NCBI GenBank assembly: GCA_964016885.1
Contig: OZ024742.1
Coordinates: forward strand, 288,362,001 to 288,426,000
Reading direction: 5' to 3'
From: Eledone cirrhosa
Lineage: Eukaryota
DNA: 64,000 bases
Shown here in pieces: positions 15,438 to 27,895 of this stretch (positions are counted from its first letter, which is position 1; every line of letters starts with the position of its first letter). The notes under the pieces were generated by a model, which made no database searches, was not told where the DNA came from, and saw only the letters and a list, made by a program, of their open reading frames with translations. A program made the position numbers and the translations under genes.

Positions 15438-16589
15438 AGTCTATATATATATATAGAGAAATAATAATAAATTTGAAGACTAAAATCCAAAGAGGGCTCG
15501 ATAAGGATAAATATATATCAAATATATAAGAACCGTAGAGCAAATATTTATTAAAATAACAGATTAAAGTTTAAGCAAAGAATCGCTGCTTTCCCCTTAA
15601 TGGGTGAAAGCAGCGATTCTTTGCTTAAACTTTAATCTGTTATTTTAATAAATATATATATATATATATATATATGAAACACAAAGAAAGTGTGGTAAGG
15701 AACCAGGTGGACCATAACGCACCAGAGTACTCGAAACTTAGGGTAGTAGAGTGGGTAATAGGAAAAGAGTCAGGACCGAACTGTCGGATCTAGCTGTCGA
15801 AACGGCCAGAGCTCAGCCGTCGGGGTCCTGACTCTTTACATATATATATATATATATATACGGCAAAGCATAAACGAACTAAGGGAGAAATTAGGAATAA
15901 GAGGGATCAGATGTTGTTTACTCGAGAGAAGACTACGTTGGTACGGTCACATCATATCGTCCAGAATACAACCTTTTCTTTTTCAATGTTATTCGATAAT
16001 TCTGTCTGATCGTTCAAAATAATCTTCTTGTATTTTAAAATCCCATAATTCTTCCCTTATTAAGTTATATGCTCGTTCAATTATGGTCAAAATTTTGTGG
16101 GTTTTATTTTATAACCTTCTCACTAACTACCCTAGTTATATGCTCATCCAATTATAGCCAAAAATTCGTGGATTTTATTCTATAAACTTCTCTCGATTTT
16201 TATTTTTATAAAATAACCTCCTCGCTCGTTTAAATATGGTCGAAATTCTAGGATTTTATAAATTAACCTTCCTGCTCCCTACTATTCTTTCCCCCCATCC
16301 CATACATTGTATACATGCCTGCTGGCTCTCTTTCAATCCCATCCCCTCTCTCTTCAAACATAAAATAAACTGTTGCGGGGTACGAAACTCAGAATTTGTC
16401 GACCCATATTCTTGGCTACATCGCTCGCTCTTCTGTGAAATGTAATGTAATGTACGAATTCCTATTTTCTCATCTCTCCATGTTTACCCGGTCCATTCAT
16501 CTATCTGTATTAAATTTCGTGGATTTTATTTTATAACCTTTTCGCTAACTACCCCCCCCCCCCCCCACTCACTGCCATTATTATTTGGA

Positions 16590-19470
16590 CCAATCATAAG
16601 TCAGCGGCCTATGGGCCTATGTTAACACTTCTTCAGTTTAGACCTGGTTGCCTTTCGACATGATGGATGGACTACGGAATTCTGGAGAGTCTGAAAAAAT
16701 CTGGACACTCAGTGACAATGCCAAAGATAAAGATAAATTCACCTCATGCTGCCGGACGAGAATGCAAGGACTCCTCCTCTTTATTAAGACCGCAGAAGGC
16801 TAACATAGCCCCATCCCCCTCCCCCCTCCCTGCGCCCTGTCCTTCCCACCCACCAAACGCAATCCAAAACTTCAAAGTTGGTACCATGAATGTAGGTACC
16901 TTAAAAAGTCGCTCTAACGAGGTTGTAGAGATGCTTGATCGTAAGGAGGTTGATGTTTGCTGTATTCAAGAGACTAGGTGGAGGGGTGGGTCTGCTAGAT
17001 TCATTGTAGGTAAAAAAACGATGCTATAAGCTTTTCTGGATGGGAAATGACAATGGGCTGGGTGGAGCCCAGCCCATTCATGCTAGCAGAAAAATGACGT
17101 AAATAGAGTGAATGACAGAATAATTAAAATAAGACTTGTCCTCAATAGAACTACTGTGACAATAATATCTGCGTATGCACCCCAACCCGGACTGCCTGGC
17201 ATTATAAAAGACAGATTCTATGAGTCGTTAATGCTCATTACATCCCAAATAACTGACAGTGACTATATAATTATTGCTGGTGACCTAAATGGTCACGTTG
17301 GACAACACTGTGACGGCTATGACGGAATCCATGGAGGCTATGGGTTTGGTACTAGAAATGAGGAAGGCTCCAGATACCTGGAATTCTGTGACGCAAATAA
17401 TCTAACTATCACTTGATCACCTATAGATCAGGGGAACACGCCAGTCAGATAGATTATATCCTTACCAGAAGACACTAAATCCCTCCCCCATAAAGAATGC
17501 ACCTCCCAACATAGCCTCATAGTTAGCGACCTCATAGTCAGGACGAGATGTATTCCACAACAGAGGAGGACTATCCTTAAGAGAAAAATATGGAAGTTAA
17601 AGGACCCCACAGCCAGTAATAAATTTAAAAGCATATTACTTGATGCTTTTGACAGTAAGGAAGAGCAATTAGAGTCGTACAATATAGAGGAACAGTGGGA
17701 ATTCCAGAAAGCTAACCTGCTGAAGGCGACAGATGAAATCTGTGGCTGGAGCTGACCTATAGGCAGCAGGAGAGTAACTTGGTGGTGGAACAGTAAGGTG
17801 GAGGAGTCGATCAAGGCCAAAAAGCAGGCTTGGAAAGTATGGCGGGATGGGGGAAGTAGAGAAGACTATCGAGTGGCCTGGAGGGAAGCTAGGAGACTAG
17901 TGTACTTCGCAAGAAGGGAAGCAGAGGAAAGAAAGTTCAAGCATGTTCTACAACGCGAGGACCAAAAACGTGAGGTGTTCAGGATTGCTAGACAATGTGT
18001 CAAGGAAAACCGTGATATTGTCGGGGAGAAGTGTGTCTGTAATGATAATGGTGTACTTGCCCTCCTATTTATTATCGCCCTCCAACCTATAATGGAGGAG
18101 TTCAAGACCGGCTTCCCATGGGAACTTCTATACGCAGATGATCTAACGCTCATAGCCGAATCAATTGCTGAACTAGAGAAGAAATTCCAAACATGGAAGC
18201 ATGGCCTAGAATCAAAATGCCTTAAAGTTAACTTGTCTAAAACTAAAGTCCTAATATGTACTGGTCCCATCTGGGAAATGGCCATGCTCAGTGTGTAGGA
18301 AAGGAGTAGGCAGAAACTCCATTTTATGTCCCAAATGCAAAGTATGGGTGCATAAAAGATGTAGTGGGATCACAGGTAAGCTAACTAAGAATATAGATTT
18401 TATATGTGACCGGTGCTCTGGTGCAATAAGTAGCAGCAAATGCCCACAGAATACTAGCTCATTCCATTGCCCAGGTGGTTCTATAGAAATAGTGGACACC
18501 TTCCGTTACCTAGGTGACAAAATCAGCAGTGGTGGAGGGTGCTTCGAAAGTACTGTAACTAGAGCCCGAACGGGATGAAAAAGGTTCAGAGAGCTTATAC
18601 CACTATTGGCCGCTAAAGGTTTCTCTCTAAAAATAAAAGGCAGGCTGTATGATGCCTGCATACGAACAGCGATGTTACATGGCAGTGAGACATGGGACTT
18701 GTGTGCAGAGGATCTACGCAGACTGGAGAGGAACGAAGCTTGCATGCTCCGTTGGATGTGTAATAGTAATATACGCGAATGGCAAAGCATAAATGAACTA
18801 AGTGAGAAATTAGGAATAAGAGGGATCAGATGCTGTTTACTCAAGAGAAGGCTACGTTGGTATGGTCACGTGATGCACATGAAAGATGACAGCTGTATAA
18901 AAAAGTGCAGGGCGATCAAAATAGACGGTAGGTACGGAGTAGGCAGACCCAGAAAAATCTGGGACGACTTCATAAAATCCGACCTCACACACTTACACCT
19001 CTCCAAGACAATGTCACTGGACTGAGATCTTTGACGCTACATAGTAATACAGAAGACCCGCCTTGCCTAAGTACAAAGCGAAACCTACAGTCAGTAGGCA
19101 CCTCTTAACCAAAATACACCCCCGTCCCACTAACCCTAGCCACACCGCCATCTACACCACCCCTTTCGATGTAAAGCTATGTTGGTACCACAACATCCAG
19201 TCCTAAATAAATGAGGTCGTGTAGGTGTCATGACAAAAAAAAACACACAGTCCACGCTGTTATGTGGCTGTGTAGGTAACACGGTAAAATCCTCCCAGTC
19301 CACACTGTAAACGTGGTTGGTGTTAGGAAGGGCATCCAGCTGTAGAAAACCCGCCAGACAGTCCTGAGCAAGACAACCAATCTTGCCTCAAGTGGGACAA
19401 TTCCCGTCCAGACCCATGCTAGCGTGGAAAATGGACGTTAAACGAGGATGATGATGATGATGATGATGAT
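16590..19470 (+). mobile_element. RTE LINE family A, near full-length span with internal deletions (APE endonuclease, partial RT, PHD-like finger, 3' UTR)
   Basis: GTMNVGTL, CIQETRW, SAYAPQ and GDLNGHVG endonuclease motifs; LLYADD; most of the RT deleted near 18060; (GAT)n tail. The 5' boundary is approximate. Confidence 0.92.
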
Positions 19471-20180
19471 GTCCTCTGTTTCAGGTCGTCAAGCAATGAG
19501 CACAGAGCAACGAACAAACTTGAAGTTTCTGGTATGGTTGGGGAAAACTCCATCAGAAGCACTGGGATTGCTGCAGCAAGTGTATGGAGATGAGACAATG
19601 TCACGCTCACGTGTTTTTGAGTGGTGCAAGATGACCCCAGGAGCGGAAGGCCCTCAACAACCAGGACTGAGGTCAACGTTGAGCGCGTCAGGCAGATGGT
19701 GTGTAGCGATCGTCGGCTGACTGTTCAATTGATGGCAAATGAGCTGGGCATGAATCGGGACAGCGTCTGGAAGATTCTCACTGAAGATTTGGACATGCGG
19801 AAAGTCTGCGCGAAGATGGTGCCAAAACTGCTGAACGATGACCAGAAGGGTCGACACATGCAAGTGTGCTAGGACATCTCCGAGCGTCTTGAAACCGAAC
19901 CAGACTTGCTAGGGACAGTCATCACTGGTGATGAGTCATGGATCTTCAAGTACAACCCGGGGGGGAACCGTTTTGAAGATGTGGACGACATCAAAAAGGC
20001 CGTGACGACGGAACTGCGGAGGATCTCGGAAGAATCCTTCCAGGAGTGCATGCAATCGTGGCGGAAAAGTGTATTAGACTCCAGGGGGATTACTTTGAAG
20101 GAGAAACCTCTTAGTGTGAAGTTTGGGTTTGAAATAAATATTTTGTGACATCAGTCCTGGAACTTTTCTGAAACACCTCG
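19471..20180 (+). mobile_element. Mariner (DD34D-type) transposon fragment with right TIR
   Basis: EQRTNLKF, DDPRSGRPST, CAKMVPKLL and TGDESW motifs; ends ...gaacttttctgaaacacctcg|TA. Confidence 0.88.
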
Positions 20181-20235
20181 TATATATGTGTGTGTGCATG
20201 TTTAACATCATTATTATATACAGTATACAGTATTG

Positions 20236-20593
20236 AGGGCGGTGGATTGGCAGTATCAGTAGAGGGTCAGACGCCATGCTTTGCAGCACAGTTACGTCCT
20301 TTTACGGACTGAGTTCAAAACCCGCCGAGGTTAACTTTGCCTTTCATCCTTAAGGGGTCGATAAAATAAAGTACCAGTAATACACTGGGATAATTGCTGG
20401 CCTTGTGCCAAAAGTAAAAACAATTATTATATACAGTATCGGTAGAGGGTCGGATGCCATGCTTTGACACATAGAGTTACGGCCCTTGCCATTCTAAGTT
20501 CAAATCCCGCCGAGGTTAACTTTGCCTTTCATCCTTACGGGGTCGATGAAATAAAGTACCAGTAATGCACTGGAATAATTGTTGGCCTTTTGC
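20236..20593 (+). mobile_element. Two tandem Meta-domain tRNA SINEs
   Basis: Two copies of B-box plus gcctttcatcctta..gggtcgat..aataaagtaccag. Confidence 0.85.
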
Positions 20594-20676
20594 CAAAAAT
20601 AGAAACAATTATTATATACATCATCATCACTGTTTAACATCTATTTTCCTTGTTCTATTTATATATATATACATAT

Positions 20677-23130
20677 CATCATCATCATCACCGTTTAACA
20701 CCCATTTTTCCATGCTAGTGTGGGTTTAACGAGCTGTCCAGTTGTGAGACAAGCCAGGTCAGATGACCATGTCTTGCTCATACAAATTGGTTTGGGCTTG
20801 GTTTCTACGGCTGGATGCCCTTCCTAACACCAACCACATTTACACTGTGGACTGGGAGCTTTTTGCTGTGTTACCTACACGACCACATTACAGCGTGGAC
20901 TGTGTGTTTTTTTGTTGTGACACCTACACGACCTCATTAGTTTGGACTGGATGTTGTGGTACCAACATAACTTTATAGAGAAAGGGTGGTGTTGGTGGGA
21001 GGATGGAGTAGGGGTAGTGAGCTGTAGGTTTCACTTTGTACATAGGCAAGGCGGGTCTTCTGTATTACTGCGTGGTGCCAAAGATCTCGGTCCTCTCTTA
21101 GAGAGGTGCAAGTGTGTAAGGTCGGAATTTATCAAATCGTCTCAGGTTTTTCTGGGTGTATCTACTCCGTAACTGCAATTTTTTTATACAGCTGTCATTT
21201 TTCATGCGCATCATGTGACCATACAAACGTAGTCACCTCTCAAGTAAACAGCATCTGATCCCTCTTCTTCCTAATTTCTTACTTAGTTCATTTATGTTTT
21301 GCCGTTCACATATATTACTATTACACATCCAACGGGGCATGCATGCTTCGTTCCTTTCCAGTCTGCGCAGGTCCTCTGCACACAATGCCCTTGTCTCACT
21401 GGCATGTAACTATGCTGTTCGTATACAGGCATCATACAATCTGCCTTTCATTTTTAGAGAGAAACCTTTTGTGGCCAACAGCAGTATAAGCTCTCTGAAC
21501 TTTTTCCAGCCCGTTCTGACTCTGGCTACTGTACTTTCAGAGCACCCTCCACCACTGCTGATTTTGTCACCCAGGTAACGGAAATTGTCTACTATTTCTA
21601 TAGATCCATCTGGGCAATAGAAGGAGCTAGTATCCTTTGGGCACTTGCTACTTATTGCACCTGAGCTTAGGTCACATATAAAATCTACGTTCTTAGATAG
21701 TTTATCTGTGATCCCACTACATCTTTCATGTACCCATAGTTTGCATTGGGACATAAAATGGAATTTCTACCTACTCCTTTCCTACACACTGAACATGGCC
21801 ATTTCCCTGAGGGCACATGTGCCCTATTTTCCTTTCTACAAACTAGAACTTTAGTCTTAGACAAGTTAACTTTAAGGCCTTTTGATTCTTGGCCATGCTT
21901 CCATGTTTGGAATTTCTTCTCTAGTTCAGCCATAGATTCAGCTATGAGAGTTAGATCATCTGCGTATAGAAGTTCCCATGGGCAGCCGGTTTTAAACTCC
22001 TCTGTTATAGCCTGAAAGGCAATAATAAATAGGAGGGGGCTAAAGACAGAGCCTTGATGAACACCAACTTCTACACTAAATTTTTCACTATATTCATTGT
22101 TAATTCTAACCTAACTGACTGTTTCCTTATACATGGCTTGTATAGCTCTCACAAGCCATTCATCTACACCTAGTTTTCTTAGAGCCCACTAGTTAATGGA
22201 GCGGGGACTCTGTCAAAGGCTTTCTCCAGGTCTACAAAAGCTAAGTAGAGGGGTTTACTTTTAGCTAGGTACTTCTCCTGTACTTGTTGTACAAGGAAAA
22301 GAGCGTCTGTGGTACTTTTACCTGACACAAACTCAAACTGCATTTCATCTAGATCAATTCGCTCTCTGATTAGTTGCGCTATAACTCTTTCTGTGACCTT
22401 CGACCTGGTCAACTAACTTAATGCCTCTATAGTTTCCCCTATCTAAAGCATCCCCTTTACCCTTGTAGCAGTTAATGATGATGTTGCTACGCCAGTCTTT
22501 TTGGTATGACCCCATTCTGTATTACTTGGTTTAATATACGGGTGACCATAGTTTGTCCCACCATTCCAGATGCCTTCAACATCTCAGCAACTATCTCTGA
22601 AGGCCCAGCTGCTTTGCCTGTCTTCATATCTTTTTTTTTGCCTTACTTATTATACTACCTTTAATTTGCACCGCTGGCCCTTCTATTAGATTGATTAGGG
22701 GCAGACTATCTTTTTCTCATTTATTCTCCTCATTTAATAGTCTCTCGTAGTGACACTTCCAAGCTACCTTCTTATCAGTATCAGCGAGGGAAAGTACACC
22801 ATTATCATTACAGACACACTTCTCCCCGACAATATCACGGTTTTCCTTGACACATTGTCTAGCAATCCTGAACACCTCACGTAGAACATGCTTGAACTTT
22901 CTATCCTCTGCTTCCCTTTTTGCAAGGTATACTTGTCTCCTAACTTCTCTCCTGGCCACTTAATAGTGTTCTCTACTTCCTCCATCCTGCCATACTTTCC
23001 AAGCCTGCTTTTTGGCTTTGATTGTCTCCTCCACCTTACTGTTCCACCACCAAGTTATTCTCCTCCTGCCAATAAGTCTGCTCCAGCCAGATTTCATCCG
23101 TCGCCTTCAGCAGGTTCACTTTCAAGAATG
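20677..23130 (-). mobile_element. RTE LINE family A, diverged 5'-truncated copy
   Basis: Minus-strand ORFs 21410..21754, 21685..21933, 22179..22412 and 22717..22959 match family A RT and finger. Confidence 0.92.
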
Positions 23131-23154
23131 CAAGATATATATATATATATATAT

Positions 23155-23747
23155 AAGAGTAAAATACTAGAGTGCATTGGAGTTAAACACACTCGTCGTA
23201 TTAGAGAAATGACAGTATAGGATATAGCTCAATGTTATCCAACAGAGTCGAAAAATTATAAAAAAATAAACAAAGATGCCTTCAATACATCAAAAGTCTT
23301 TATTAGCTGACAGTGTTTCGTCCCATTAATAAGGACTCATCAGAGCAAGGAAAGAGACAAGAAGTATTAACGGCCAGAACAAGCCAAAACTCAAAAGAAT
23401 AGGGAATTGATATTTATGAAAATTTAGGAAAGTTAACTTGGAAAGACATGCTAAAGCTAAAAGGGTGCATTTGTAAATATAGACTATACAGTATTTACGT
23501 ATCGAGAGAGAGAAAAAAAGGGGAGGATAGGTGATACATATAGTTATTTGCCAAGTAGCGTATGCCAAAGGTGCTCAATACTAGTGCCGGCAGTATTAAA
23601 TATTCGAAGTGTTAATATTTAGTGGGCTAGAGAGTTAGCAGAGTGTAAGCACGTGGGAAAGTAAGAAATTGGAGAATAGACCGTTAAAACATGTTTTAAA
23701 TAAACATGTTTTAACGGTCTATTCTCCGATTTCTTACTTTTCCACGT
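23155..23747 (-). mobile_element. Probable Penelope-like element 3' fragment with hammerhead and terminal fold-back
   Basis: Bounded by (TA)n on both sides; contains a minus-strand hammerhead followed by AATAAA; inverted repeat at 23651-23747. Confidence 0.65.
23305..23347 (-). ncRNA. Minimal type I hammerhead ribozyme
   Basis: Minus strand: gcu-CUGAUGA-gucc(uuauuaaug)ggac-GAAA-c(acu)GUC-agc. Complete core, 4-bp stem II, 2-bp stem III and a GUC site. Confidence 0.8.
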
Positions 23748-25174
23748 ATATATATATATACATACACACATATATATATGTATGTGTGTGTGTATTGAAT
23801 AAAAGAATAATAGAATAAGTCATTTATTCCTTTATATGTGTGTGTTGCAAACTAATGCAATCCATTAATCATACAAAGTACACAATTCCTGAACTACTTT
23901 GTGTGTTATTATATATGTTGTTTTTATTGCTTTTATTATTGTTGTATTGCTGTTATGTGTTTTGTTGGCTGTATATGTTATCTATTGCTCACACCTATAT
24001 ATGCTTATTTGGCCTTCTAGTTATTTTAATGATATGAGGTTTCTCAGGTGTTTTAATGATAGAAGGCCCTAATCCTATTGTGTGTATACATATATATGGC
24101 CTCTTTTGAGGTTGCGTCCCATAGGAAATTTTTTAGGTGTTTTAATGATGGAACCCCAGTCTTATCATGAAAAGCAATATGAAATGAAGCATCTTGCTTC
24201 AAAACAAGGTGTTGCCTGACCCAGGAATTGAACCTAAGACCTTATGATCCTGAATCCAACACATTAGCTGTTAGGCCCTGTATGTTTGTTATTTCTATAT
24301 TTTGTTAGTTGTTTATGTTGTTTGTATCTGCCAGGAGTCGCATCCAGACGATCATATACTTTAGCAATGAAAGCCGTATGGAAACATTTTTTCCTTGGTC
24401 CAATCTGACAATCAGCTCCTTTCTTCTGCCAGGAGTTGTGACTGACAGATAGTGTCAGCAATGAAAAGCCAAATGGAAACATTGTTTCCTTGGTCCAATC
24501 TGACAATCAGTTCCTTTCTTTTCCCTATATATTTGTTATTTCTATATTTTGTTGGTTGTGTATTATTTATATTGTTTTATTGTAGTCAAGGTTGACCTCT
24601 GGGTATTTAGTGCACTAGGCTAATCCTATAATATGTACCCTGTTCTCCCAGTTATGCAACTCCATTCTCCCAAATAAAATGATTTTAACTTAGTTTGGTA
24701 AGCTGACAAACCTACTTTTTGAAACTTCTTGCTCTGACCACACTAAGAAAATTTCTAAACCTGCATTTTCCACTACACTGTCTGTCCAGACTCACCCACA
24801 CCAAATCATGTGACACATAATATCACATGACTTGTTCCACCTTTTTGGATATTTCCACATTGCTTCCACATAGCAAAAATTGTTTTGTGATTTATTTATT
24901 GATTGCAGGAAATCATTAAATATTTAAGTTAATTATATTTAAGTTAATTATACAAAACTGTGTATAAAACTGTGATCCTTTAATGTTCAGATGTCTGTGC
25001 CAAAGGTGGATGTTATAGTTGGCCATCAGTGGTGATGCCAATTCTGGTACTAGCAGTACCCTGATCACTGTTATAGTAAATGTAGTAATAGTAGTAGTAG
25101 TAGTAGTATATTCCATGGCACAGAACTCATTGTGGTAGTGACCAGTGTAGTAGACACATACATACATACTTATA

Positions 25175-25784
25175 TGGTGGCTGCCAACTCGTTTTCGAGT
25201 ACGGCCACTACTTTATATCCATGTAGGAGAACCCCTACCGATGCGCTGAATAAGTGTGACTTTTTAGTCCATCCAGCGACTTGAAAACTCTGGTACAAAC
25301 ACTACACTTGTGACAATTATTGACACATAGTGCTGGGCCCATGGTACCATGTGACGACAAGTGCAGAGAGATCTCCAGATATAAAGCAATGCCTGTGCTG
25401 TGAAGCTTTTATAGTGAGCAAAGGCACTGCACAAAGCCAGTCCCACTCTCTTAACCAAGATGATATTTACCAAAAAGAAGAACAAGTCAACATCATTGGA
25501 AACCATCAGGGTTGCAGGTGTTATATCAGAGTTTTCCTTCTCCTAGAATTCTGCCTTGACAAAGGCTAAGGGGTCATCTCTCCTGGTGATTTTGGATGGC
25601 CATTGACTCTTAAGAGCTCCTTTGCCCTTTGACAGGTTTTGTTTTTAGTCCTGCAGGATGTCCAAAGTCACCCTCCTCACCGAGAAACCTTGGTGGGGTT
25701 GCCAGTTTAGTCGCCAACGACCCGACCATGGGACAGGTTGTACTGGGATACATGTTACCAGTAGCACCAACTGGTGACCTGACA
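25175..25784 (-). mobile_element. About 610-bp interspersed repeat, copy 1 (TG...CA ends; solo-LTR-like or retroelement-derived)
   Basis: Reverse complement of 31959-32567 at high identity; both copies lie in TA/CA-rich flanks. Strand labels are relative only. Confidence 0.75.
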
Positions 25785-25839
25785 TACTTATATACATATA
25801 TACATATATATACATATATACATACATACACACACGGTT

Positions 25840-25875
<36 letters not shown>

Positions 25876-25877
25876 GT

Positions 25878-26222
25878 GGAGGCACATGGCTTAGTGGTTA
25901 GAGCATTGGCCTTGCAATCGAAAGGTTGTGAGTTCAATTCTCAGACCGGGTGATGTGTTGTTTCCTTGAGCAAGACACTTTATTTCACATTGCTCCAGTT
26001 TACTCAGCTGTAGAAATGAGATGAAAGGGACTGGGGTCTCTATCATTCCACTGCAAAGTGGTCGTGGAGGTGCCACGGCAAAAAAGCACTCAGCACTCAC
26101 TGTAAATGAGGTTGGTGTTAGGAAGGGCATCCAGCTGTAGAAATCAAGCCAGAATCAGTTCCCGTCCCACCCTTGCAAGCAGGGAAAAAGCGGACGTAAA
26201 ATGAAATGGTGATGATGATGAT
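25878..26222 (+). mobile_element. tRNA-derived SINE with CORE-like domain and RTE-A-like tail
   Basis: A-box tggcttagtggt, B-box gagttcaattct, ccttgagcaagacacttt...cagctgtagaaatg, and a (GAT)n tail. Confidence 0.8.
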
Positions 26223-26708
26223 ACATACATACAAATTAATTATATAAATTTGTATAAAACTGTAATCTTTTAAGAATCTGTAATGCATCTCTCTAAGGTG
26301 TGCACCCTAGTTATCCGCCTAATTGTATTTAATGGTAGCCCCAACCCTGACTGCTGGTTTAAATTTCTATATCTGGTTGGTTGTATGTGACAATAATTTC
26401 ACACAATTGAAGAGAAAAAGCTGTTTGTAGAGACATTGATTTTTAAACTTTCTCACACATCTGTTGTCTATCTCTCACTATCTCTCCCCTCCACACTCAT
26501 GAACACGATACATACACATAAACACATATATATATACACATACTATTCACTTCAATTCACTTAATTGTTCATTCATGAAATCTCTCACGAAACTACTTTC
26601 TTTTATTTACAATTTTGAAACAATACATACACACACACTCTCAAGTGTGAACCTAATACTAACACTCTCTACTGCACTCTTTACTTTGTTTTTGTTTTCT
26701 GTTTTAAC

Positions 26709-26754
<46 letters not shown>

Positions 26755-27359
26755 GCAATGATGATGATGTATAAATAAATAAATAAATAAATATATTAAT
26801 TAGTATCACCCCAATATACATAATTAATCAAAACAGAAGTTGATGTTATTTCTTTTTTACAAAATCATTAAATACATTCCAGCCTTTTCTGAGGGTATTT
26901 AGATCTACATTACCAAACATGTCTTTTCATTTTTCAAGAAGATGGGAGTGATTTGAAAGATATTTGGCTGCTATTTCTTGCTACTCAAATGACCATGAAC
27001 AAGGTCTTTTCTTGATTCACTATTTCACCTGATGTTTAGCCCAAGATCAGTCTTAATCAAGAAGACCTAAGATCAAAGGTGTTCCAGTCATGATTATCCT
27101 GACTTATATTTCAACTATAGTGTATCTAGGACTACATTGTGTAATGTGCATCCATACATAACACCTGGTGGTCACATATCACAAAATCTCTTCAGGAAAC
27201 CAATATTAAATTTGAGGAATGAATGTCCCCAAAATACGAGGTCATCAGCAAATAATTGATATGAAAAATAGTTTGTTTTTTTAAAAACAAATATTCGAGA
27301 TAGGTCCATAAGTCAGGTAGTGGAAAGCATCAGTGTTAAGTATCATGCAACTTGATTAA

Positions 27360-27602
27360 CCCTTTAGCATTTACATTACTCTATATTTACTATTGTATTT
27401 TCATGGTAAACAGTTTATCTCACATAATTATCCCACATAATATCGAATCTATGATATTTTGATATTATTTATTTTGAAAACAATACCTTGCACCTGAGCA
27501 CTGTACACAATAATTTCATTATTATATTATCAACTATAAGTATGAGCAGTCAGTTTAAACAGAATGAGGTGAGACAATTCTGGCTGGTTTAAATGTTAAG
27601 GG
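27360..27602. mobile_element. piggyBac-type MITE
   Basis: TTAA|ccctttagcattta ... taaatgttaaggg|TTAA, giving TIRs and a TTAA TSD. Confidence 0.8.
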
Positions 27603-27895
27603 TTAAAGCAACAAAAAAAAGGTCTAATGTTGTCTACCTCATACTGTAATTTAGTTTATGTATACAAGCAAGAAATATATTATTACTTATATATATACAC
27701 ACACATATTACACATATATATATGCATGTGTGTGTGAATATGTCTGCGTTTGCTTTTTGTTTGTGTCCCATGGAGAGAGATCAATAAGATAGGTCCCACC
27801 CAAACTTGACAATATGACTCAGTAAACCATGTAAAGGCATTGCCCAAGCCTGACTGCCATCTAATGATTAAAACCACTAAAATAATGATATACTA

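Noticed and set aside
24820-24842. UAUCACAUG resembling the miR-2/K-box seed
   Set aside because: Only the first 7 nt match, the rest is unlike miR-2, and the stem folds better on the other strand.
25878-25950. tRNA gene
   Set aside because: A and B boxes are present but followed by SINE core and tail; these are SINE heads in several copies.
27165-27360. Two further plus-strand hairpins (about 27165-27248 and 27311-27358)
   Set aside because: They depend heavily on G-U pairs in AT-rich DNA and are on the opposite strand to the cluster; could be chance.
25010-27862. Possible spliced minus-strand peptide DGSQAWAMPLHGLLSHIVKFG-DQGTASTRIGITTDGQL*
   Set aside because: Weak splice sites, no recognisable homology, and both segments coincide with hairpins; kept only as an alternative to the ncRNA hypothesis.
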